A DNA stretch of 64,000 nt from a virus. Numbering within the stretch: the first letter of the stretch is position 1; the number at the start of each line of letters is the position of its first letter. Below, piece by piece: positions 57,241 through 64,000 of the stretch. The stretch covers positions 134,848-198,847 of IMG/VR virus record IMGVR_UViG_3300025405_000009, one strand, 5' to 3'. The notes below the pieces were generated by a model, which saw only the letters and a program-made list of their open reading frames with translations, was not told where the DNA came from and did no database searches. A program made the translations under genes and the position numbers.

Positions 57241-57666
57241 GTGAACTACCTAACTATTAAGTACCCGCTTACTGCATCTCTCCTATTTGAAGGAGCGATG
57301 TATAATCACTTGCAGCAGGTATACCTTAGTTCTGGTAATATGCAGATACCAGGAACGTTAAGTGCTATTGATTTATTCTCTACAAATCCATTAGTATCAG
57401 CATCATTTCCACCATTTTCTGGGTATGCTTTACCATCTACGAATTATTATTTCACTGATAATAATCATTTATATGTAAATTTACCGAGTTTTGATACTTC
57501 AGGTACATATGACATTATTCTCTTTAATGTTGCAGGGTATAGTAAATTATCTGATCACGGATATCTAATAAGCAATCAATCAACAGCTAATGCAATGTTA
57601 TTAATAAACTCTGAGCCTATTACTCTTATTAATAATCCGTTAGCTGAAATACTTTTAATTAATTAA
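57241..57666 (+). CDS. Structural/hypothetical protein, Ig-like appearance
   Basis: LYVNLP.F.TSGTYDIIL.N.AGY. Confidence 0.55.
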   Translation: MNYLTIKYPLTASLLFEGAMYNHLQQVYLSSGNMQIPGTLSAIDLFSTNPLVSASFPPFSGYALPSTNYYFTDNNHLYVNLPSFDTSGTYDIILFNVAGYSKLSDHGYLISNQSTANAMLLINSEPITLINNPLAEILLIN

Positions 57667-57686
57667 TTTTTTAATAAATAATATCA

Positions 57687-59162
57687 ATGAGTTCACAGAA
57701 TTTTACTAATTTTAACCTTAGATCTACACCTCTCTCTGGTGATTATATTGTAGGCTATGCATGTGATGGATCTGCAGAGTTAAGAACAACTGTTAATGAC
57801 TTAGCTAATACAATTCTTCCTCTTAGAGGGTATCCATATATTGCTAACAATACTGCTATATTACCTATAGCTGGAACTAATACAGCTTCTGGAGCTTATT
57901 CTGATATAGCTGGTGGTAATAATAATAGTATAAGTGGAACTTATAATAATATTGGCGGTGGAGAGTATAATAATATAACCAATAGTCACAATGTAATAGC
58001 AGGTGGTTGTAGTAATACTGCCTCTGGGGGATACTCAGTTGTTGGTGGTGGTGATACTAATTGTAATCAGGGTAGTTGCGGTGTTATTGCAGGTGGAACT
58101 TCTAATTACATAGCAGCAGCCGATGCTAGTGTAATTGTTGGTGGCGAAAATAACTGCATACAAAATTGTAATACTTTCAATAATCAAAATGACAATAGTG
58201 ATGTATTCCTCGGTGGTGGTAATCAGAATTGTATAACTAATTCTGGTAACTATGGATTAATTAAAAATACAGCTATCGTAGGCGGTGGTAATAATACAAT
58301 TTGTGGAAATAATACGAGTGCAAATTACTCCTTTATTGGCGCTGGTGAAAGTAATATAATTAACAACTGTTATTCAAGTATTGTTGGTGGCTATACTAAT
58401 ACGATAAACTCATCTTATTCATACATTGCAGGTGGTTATTATAATTCAAGTCTTAGTGCCGATAATACATTCATCCTCGGTTCTCGTATTACAGCAACTT
58501 CAGCTAATTATACGTATGTCAATAACATATCCTCTCAAGGTACAGTAGCTGCTAGTACAGTTACAATTGGCATAAAGCCCACTGTAACAAGTCCTAATGT
58601 TTCACCTCTTACAATTGTATCAACAGCTAGTGGGTCAATTTTCAATCAGATTCAGAATACATTTACCGGTCTTAGTGCTAGTACTGATATTTCTCTCTAT
58701 AATGATCTTGGTACCAACTATCTTGATATGGGTATTGCTAGTAGCATATACAATGGTAATCTTTACGGTCCAAAGTTTAACGTTGTGGGTGCTAATGATT
58801 CTTATCTCTATGCCACATCTGCTAATTTAGCATATGGTACCACAGGAAGTACAGGGGACTTGTTGTTCTTCACTGGTGGATCTTTGAGTGGTACTTCAGT
58901 AAACAGTGGTAATGAACGGTTAAGAATTAAGAATACTAATGCAGTTGGAAACGGCGGATTTGTTGGTATCAATACTTCTGTGCCCAACCAACAATTAACA
59001 GTTAGCGGTAGTGTAAGTTCGACAGGCTTTGTTTCAACAAGTGCTCTCTGGGTTAGTAGTTTATCCGCTACAACAGGCTCACCTACAACTGTAGCATATA
59101 AAATGCCTGTCTATTTAGCAAATGGTACTTTTGCCGGATGGATACCTGTTTATAATGGTTAA
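57687..59162 (+). CDS. Fibre/adhesin-like protein
   Basis: GG-x2-N beta-roll, NYTYVNN neck, YNGNLY module close to that of 43934; AATAAATA 57673-57680. Confidence 0.75.
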   Translation: MSSQNFTNFNLRSTPLSGDYIVGYACDGSAELRTTVNDLANTILPLRGYPYIANNTAILPIAGTNTASGAYSDIAGGNNNSISGTYNNIGGGEYNNITNSHNVIAGGCSNTASGGYSVVGGGDTNCNQGSCGVIAGGTSNYIAAADASVIVGGENNCIQNCNTFNNQNDNSDVFLGGGNQNCITNSGNYGLIKNTAIVGGGNNTICGNNTSANYSFIGAGESNIINNCYSSIVGGYTNTINSSYSYIAGGYYNSSLSADNTFILGSRITATSANYTYVNNISSQGTVAASTVTIGIKPTVTSPNVSPLTIVSTASGSIFNQIQNTFTGLSASTDISLYNDLGTNYLDMGIASSIYNGNLYGPKFNVVGANDSYLYATSANLAYGTTGSTGDLLFFTGGSLSGTSVNSGNERLRIKNTNAVGNGGFVGINTSVPNQQLTVSGSVSSTGFVSTSALWVSSLSATTGSPTTVAYKMPVYLANGTFAGWIPVYNG

Positions 59163-59263
59163 AAAATAGCTTGCTCTTTTCTTATAGAGATCATACTATA
59201 AAGGTATGAAATATGTTCCAGTTAATCTTATTCTATTCTTGAGTTGTCTTGTCTTTTGGTTTT

Positions 59264-60181
59264 TTATCTATAAGCACCTTTACGCTCTCTGTCATGTCTA
59301 AAATTCTTGTCATAGGTGATATTATTTTTTGTATTTTTATTAATTGTTTTTTTATATTCTAAAAATTCATTATATTTAGAATATTTTCTCTGTAGATATA
59401 AAATAGGATTAGAATTTGTATAAATAAAATTTAAAAATTTATTAGCTTCTGTAGCATTTTTTAATCTAATCGAAAAAATAGAATGATCTGGAAAAATTTT
59501 TGAACCCTTAATATTGTTCTTTTTTAAAAATTCAGAAAATGCCGTGACAGTATTAATATGCCCACATATACCTACTTCTAAATACTTGTTGTAACTTATT
59601 TTTTTTTCTCCTTTTGAAGTAGTATATTTATATTTTCTATTAAGACAGGAAACATAACCATCACCATCGAGTACACCTCTCCAAAAATGTCTTTCAAGGT
59701 AATCAGGTAATTTAGGTATATTTATATTAAATGTTTTACCCTTTTTAATACCTAACTTACCTAAATCATTAACCATTTTCTCTGAACGAAAATTTAATCT
59801 AGATGTTATACACCCTTTTTTAGAAAAGGAGTTGCTCTTTCTTATAATTTCATGTATTTTGTTTGTACCGCTAATAGTTGTAACAAATGATTCAATTATA
59901 TGCCTGTCAATTGATTTTAATTCTATAACAATATCTTTCTCACCTACGTAACCATCTGTTAAAATAAGCCCGAGATAGTAAGCTTTTTGTTCACTATCTA
60001 TATTTTCAAAGAAGTCGTGGTTGAATGTATAACGACTGTTTGCTTGTGATTGACTTCTCATTTTATTTCCGTTACTTTCAACTATCTTTTTTATAGTGTT
60101 ATATTGAATTTTATATTTCTTAGTAATAGCTGCTGCAGAAATACCTTGCATATACTCATTTAAAATGTCTTTAATATTCAC
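59264..60181 (-). mobile_element. LAGLIDADG homing endonuclease with N-terminal HTH, antisense insertion
   Basis: KAYYLGLILTDGYV and HFWRGVLDGDGYV motifs; start proposed at GTG 60181, 5 nt after minus-strand TATAAATA (60194-60187); track start is 60202. Confidence 0.85.
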
Positions 60182-60249
60182 ATTAATATTTATACCTATC
60201 ATTGCAATATTCTCCTTGCCTCTAAATAAAATTCATATATCATAAAAAT

Positions 60250-61095
60250 ATGACACAGAAAATTATAGTGGTTGGAGACGTGCACAATCACTTCGTTCAA
60301 GCACAGATGATTATTGACAAATATGTTGATACTCATAAAATTGTCATGGTCGGTGACTACTTCGATGACTTTGGCGATTCTGCCGTTGAAGCAGATCAGA
60401 CTGCTAGGTGGCTTAAGAGTATTCTCGATCACCCGAATATTGTCGCTTTGATGGGTAACCATGATATCAATTATTCTTATCTAAACTATAGAAAGGATAA
60501 TAAGGGTAATCTTCAAAACCTTTATCATTGCTCTGGATACACTCTTCAAAAGGATGATGCTATTAATCGGATTATGACCAATGAGGATTGGGATAAGATT
60601 AAGATGTATCATTACGAGAATGGTTGGTTCTTCACTCATGCTGGTATTTCCAGTCATTGGTTTGAACATCCTGTTCTTGGTACAACTCCTGAAGTTATCA
60701 TTAAGAAGATTGATGAGGCTGTAGAGATGTATAAGAACAGGGAGTATACAGATATTCTTGGAGCTGCTGGAAGGTGTAGAGGTGGTACTCATAAGACTGG
60801 TGGTATCCTTTGGCATGACCATTACAGAGAGTCTAATACTATTCCTGGTATTAAGCAGGTCTATGGTCATACTCCTAATAGTACAACAGTAGGTCCTCTT
60901 ATTGATATTGATAAGACTGATGATAACTCAATTAATGTAAATGTTGATTGTGGTCTTCAGGAAGTCTTTAGAATTCATGAGGATGGTTCTGCAGGTCCTT
61001 TAAAAACAGATCTGCAGAACTTTTACTATGAGGCTAAAAAGAAAGACTTTGATGCTATGATGAAGACCATTGACTCTCAGGCTTGGAGTGCTTAA
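60250..61095 (+). CDS. Calcineurin-like metallophosphoesterase
   Basis: GDVH, GDYFD, GNHD, THAG, GHT. Confidence 0.88.
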   Translation: MTQKIIVVGDVHNHFVQAQMIIDKYVDTHKIVMVGDYFDDFGDSAVEADQTARWLKSILDHPNIVALMGNHDINYSYLNYRKDNKGNLQNLYHCSGYTLQKDDAINRIMTNEDWDKIKMYHYENGWFFTHAGISSHWFEHPVLGTTPEVIIKKIDEAVEMYKNREYTDILGAAGRCRGGTHKTGGILWHDHYRESNTIPGIKQVYGHTPNSTTVGPLIDIDKTDDNSINVNVDCGLQEVFRIHEDGSAGPLKTDLQNFYYEAKKKDFDAMMKTIDSQAWSA

Positions 61096-61103
61096 CATAC
61101 TTT

Positions 61104-61496
61104 ATGAAGAAGATTATAACTCCAAAACAGCACGAAGAAGCAAGTTATTTTTCTGACTTCACTGGTCAACCTTTTAGTGGACTCTATCACCCACCAGTTG
61201 AGCTAACATTGAAGTTTAATTATGGATCTGGACATGAACAGTCTGAGATTACTTTACATCTATCTGATAAAGATGTTAGCCCAATTATTGACCTGATTAG
61301 TACTAAGCTCAATCCTGATTATAAGAAGGACCTTGAAGAGACACTAAAAGATAATGATGAAGAATTAGATATGGCTATGGACTCAAGGGATCCAATGATG
61401 TGTGAATATTACATTTCCTGTAATAGTCTTATTCGTAAGCTCTTAGGTAAAATGGACTCAACTGATTTTATTTCTGAAGATAGAGATAGAGGATGA
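61104..61496 (+). CDS. Hypothetical protein
   Basis: ORF track 61083; ATG 61104 avoids the overlap. Confidence 0.65.
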   Translation: MKKIITPKQHEEASYFSDFTGQPFSGLYHPPVELTLKFNYGSGHEQSEITLHLSDKDVSPIIDLISTKLNPDYKKDLEETLKDNDEELDMAMDSRDPMMCEYYISCNSLIRKLLGKMDSTDFISEDRDRG

Positions 61497-61644
61497 AATG
61501 GCTCAGGAGATTCTTATTTTTAACTGAAGGAAAGTCTTGGAGAAAAAGATTCTATATTCTTAGCATTGCTTACTTGCCTTATTTTCTATTTCGTATAATA
61601 TGGAGAGGATATGAAGAATAAGAAATCCTGTCACTTAATTATTA

Positions 61645-61935
61645 ATGATTGATCAACAAACAGTTAACGAGCTAGAAATGTCTATTAGCTTTGGTCAAAG
61701 ACTAATGGAGTATAAGAAGGAATGTCTTAAAAAGATGCTTGAACAAATGCATGATAATGATAAGATCCGTCAGCACTATGAAGCTGATAGGCTCTACATT
61801 CAAGATATTGTTAGAGCTTTGGAGAACGGAGAAAGTATGCAAATCTTGTACGCTGTTAAGAGTCGTTTGACTATAGTTGGTCAGATGTTCTTTAAGAAAG
61901 AATTTAAAGCTTTAAAGGAATTACTAAATGACTAA
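61645..61935 (+). CDS. Hypothetical protein
   Basis: ORF track. Confidence 0.6.
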   Translation: MIDQQTVNELEMSISFGQRLMEYKKECLKKMLEQMHDNDKIRQHYEADRLYIQDIVRALENGESMQILYAVKSRLTIVGQMFFKKEFKALKELLND

Positions 61936-62353
61936 GAAAGTTATAACTTGCGATTTCGACGACACGCTTTTTGAAGATCCATCTTACAAGTCTGCATCTG
62001 GAGCTCTTTGGATTCCTGCTGGATTTGATGCTGAGCCTGTAAAGAGAGTTCATGATTTCATTCATCAAAAGGCTAAAGAGGGATTTGAGATTCATGTTGT
62101 GACAGCAAGAGAAGAAAAGGATGTTCCTGAATGTTGGGACCTTATTAAGCTCTATGACCTTCCAATTAAGTCTGTAGTGGCTGTGGGTGGAAAGAATAAG
62201 ACACCTACACTTCTATCCCTCGGAACATCTCTTCATATTGATGACAATGTTCAGGTTTGTGTATTAGCTAAACAAGCTGGTATTAAGGTACTTTTAGTTG
62301 ATTGGGGTCAAGAGGATACAAACTCTACAGCAAAGATGTTTATTAAGATTTAG
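61928..62353 (+). CDS. HAD-superfamily phosphatase
   Basis: DFDDTLF, VVTAR, K, HIDD. Confidence 0.78.
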   Translation: MTKKVITCDFDDTLFEDPSYKSASGALWIPAGFDAEPVKRVHDFIHQKAKEGFEIHVVTAREEKDVPECWDLIKLYDLPIKSVVAVGGKNKTPTLLSLGTSLHIDDNVQVCVLAKQAGIKVLLVDWGQEDTNSTAKMFIKI

Positions 62354-62922
62354 ATATCGCTACCGTCTTTAGGTCTCGATAAATTATCAGTAGCCCATAA
62401 AGGTCTAAGATTAGAATAATGAAAACATAACTTTTGTTGTTCTATATCTGTAAGATCAAACGTATCTATAGGTTTAATATGATCTATATGCCAACCATCT
62501 TTTGTATAGTTGCTCCAGTTCATTCCAGGTAACCATTGTTTTTCAATATGTTCTTTTACTTCGTCTAAACTACAACCTGCTAATGTTAAAGCATTTAAAT
62601 CTTTTTTATTTTTTATTTTTTTAATAGACTGATAAAATCTAACTCTTAAATTAACAGATAATCTGTATTGTATATCAGTATGAAAACGTTCTTTCCGTCT
62701 TATTTGAGCCTGTTTATACAATTTTAATGTTTGAGCCTTATCAATTCTTCGTCGCTCTCTATCACGTTCATTAATTTTCTTTCTATTTGTTTTATTATAA
62801 GAGCACATACTCTCTTTACGCTTTTCTCTATTTCTATAATAGCTTTGTAGCGCGGCTCGTCTGCATCTCTCTTTATTTTTTTGATAATAAGAAAGTTCTT
62901 GTGTGGTATTAATATCATTCAT
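62350..62922 (-). mobile_element. HNH-type homing endonuclease, antisense insertion
   Basis: Basic helical N-part; WHIDHIKP...FHYSNLRPLWA.DN; start proposed at ATG 62922, 8 nt after CATAAATA (62938-62931); track start is 62988. Confidence 0.75.
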
Positions 62923-63070
62923 TGCATATATATTTATGTCTCCAGGTGCTCTTTTCGTATACATCCTACGAGTTGTGTGATCATTCATTGCAGAAGATAC
63001 AGCACCTGGGGACCTTTTTATCTTGCCTATTCCTTAATAATACTGTATTATCTTTTTAACAATAAACGAT

Positions 63071-63631
63071 ATGCATAATGCTTTTTTAATTGCGGATTGT
63101 CATTTCTCTCATCAGGGAGTTTGTAAGTTCCTTCGAGATGATGGAACTAAGCTTCGTCCCTGGGACAATGCTGCAGAGATGGATGAGGCAATGATCGAGA
63201 ACTGGAACAAGGTTGTTCGACCAGTCGATAAAGTATACGTTTGTGGTGACCTTGTAATGAAGGCTAAGAAGCAGATCCATATTATGGAGAGACTCAATGG
63301 AAAAAAAGTGCTTGTCAAAGGAAATCATGACATTGGCGAGCTTAAGGTTTATCTTCCATACTTCTATGATATCAGGGCATTTCATGTTCTGGATAACTTT
63401 TGTATCACCCACATTCCTATTCATCCAGATTGCTTAGGTAGGTTTAAAGGTAACATTCATGGCCATATTCATCAGAGGACAGTTATGATGCTTGATGGAG
63501 ATGAGTTCAGAGTACCTGATCCTAGATACTTCTGTATCTCAGCTGAGCAGATTAACTATACACCTATTGAGTGGAATGATCTGAGAAAGAAGTTCTATGC
63601 CCAGCTAGGTCTTGAGATTAAAAACTCTTGA
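63071..63631 (+). CDS. Calcineurin-like metallophosphoesterase (short phage type)
   Basis: IADCHFSH, CGD, KGNHD, THIP, HGHIH. Confidence 0.85.
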   Translation: MHNAFLIADCHFSHQGVCKFLRDDGTKLRPWDNAAEMDEAMIENWNKVVRPVDKVYVCGDLVMKAKKQIHIMERLNGKKVLVKGNHDIGELKVYLPYFYDIRAFHVLDNFCITHIPIHPDCLGRFKGNIHGHIHQRTVMMLDGDEFRVPDPRYFCISAEQINYTPIEWNDLRKKFYAQLGLEIKNS

Positions 63632-63661
63632 CCTAGTCCCTTTTTATTATAGAATAAGATT

Positions 63662-63898
63662 ATGAAAAAAGAAGACATAAGTGTAATAATAAACGTAAAG
63701 CTAGAAGATTTTTTTGTAACATTCAGACAATCACCAGACAATTATGATTATACTGAAATGCTAACTACAGATATTTGTTCGAGTCACCTTACTGCTGATC
63801 GAAGGCCAAGAACTTTTATGACTTTTGAAAACCATGAATTAGATTCCATTATTAAAGCTTTGACAGCATATAGAGATACTGTCAATATACTAAAGTAA
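63662..63898 (+). CDS. Hypothetical protein
   Basis: ORF track; TTGACC-N16-TAGAAT at 63628-63655. Confidence 0.6.
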   Translation: MKKEDISVIINVKLEDFFVTFRQSPDNYDYTEMLTTDICSSHLTADRRPRTFMTFENHELDSIIKALTAYRDTVNILK

Positions 63899-63902
63899 AA
63901 AC

Positions 63903-64000
63903 ATGAAACCAGCACCTAATCTTAGAGCTAATGCTAATGGCTGTATCCTTGAAAAGGATATCCTAAAGGCTTTACCTGAAGAGTTAATCCCTTTGTGGGA
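63903..64000 (+). CDS. Hypothetical, partial at window end
   Basis: MKPAPNLRANANGCILEKDILKALPEELIPLW open to the end. Confidence 0.5.
   Translation, partial: MKPAPNLRANANGCILEKDILKALPEELIPLW

Noticed and set aside
19101-59162. Diversity-generating retroelement acting on the fibre genes
   Set aside because: No reverse transcriptase in the window. The repeat pairs I compared differ at mixed, mostly synonymous positions rather than only at adenines, and both copies are coding.

Overview
AT-rich, gene-dense 64 kb segment of a large T4-like (probably jumbo) bacteriophage in the standard genetic code; there are no bacterial core operons. It encodes 17 tRNAs plus two tRNA relics, a 451-nt tmRNA with a 34-residue tag, and a candidate ~515-nt structured ncRNA with its own promoter and terminator. 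Protein genes cover nucleotide metabolism (nrdA, nrdB, dCMP deaminase, 5'-nucleotidase), host-takeover functions (bS21, TraR/DksA-type finger, ClpC, Hc1-like, MoaD/ThiS-like, RadA-like), five HNH/LAGLIDADG endonucleases, and about 30 kb of modular, often Cys-rich fibre/structural genes with a sulfotransferase and glycosyltransferase beside them. Best leads: (1) the large ncRNA at ~8587-9101; (2) a HiPIP [4Fe-4S] protein whose Tat signal is replaced by a T4-like capsid-targeting N-terminus, one of several such late cargo proteins; (3) a rare tRNA-Ser(ACU) whose D-loop A19 forms the stop codon of an overlapping HNH gene and is matched by U56; (4) a tRNA-Ile(UAU) with a long variable arm; (5) near-leaderless expression from both sigma70-like and T4-late-like promoters. 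All family calls come from motif recognition by eye, with no database searches. A Verrucomicrobia-like host is an inference.
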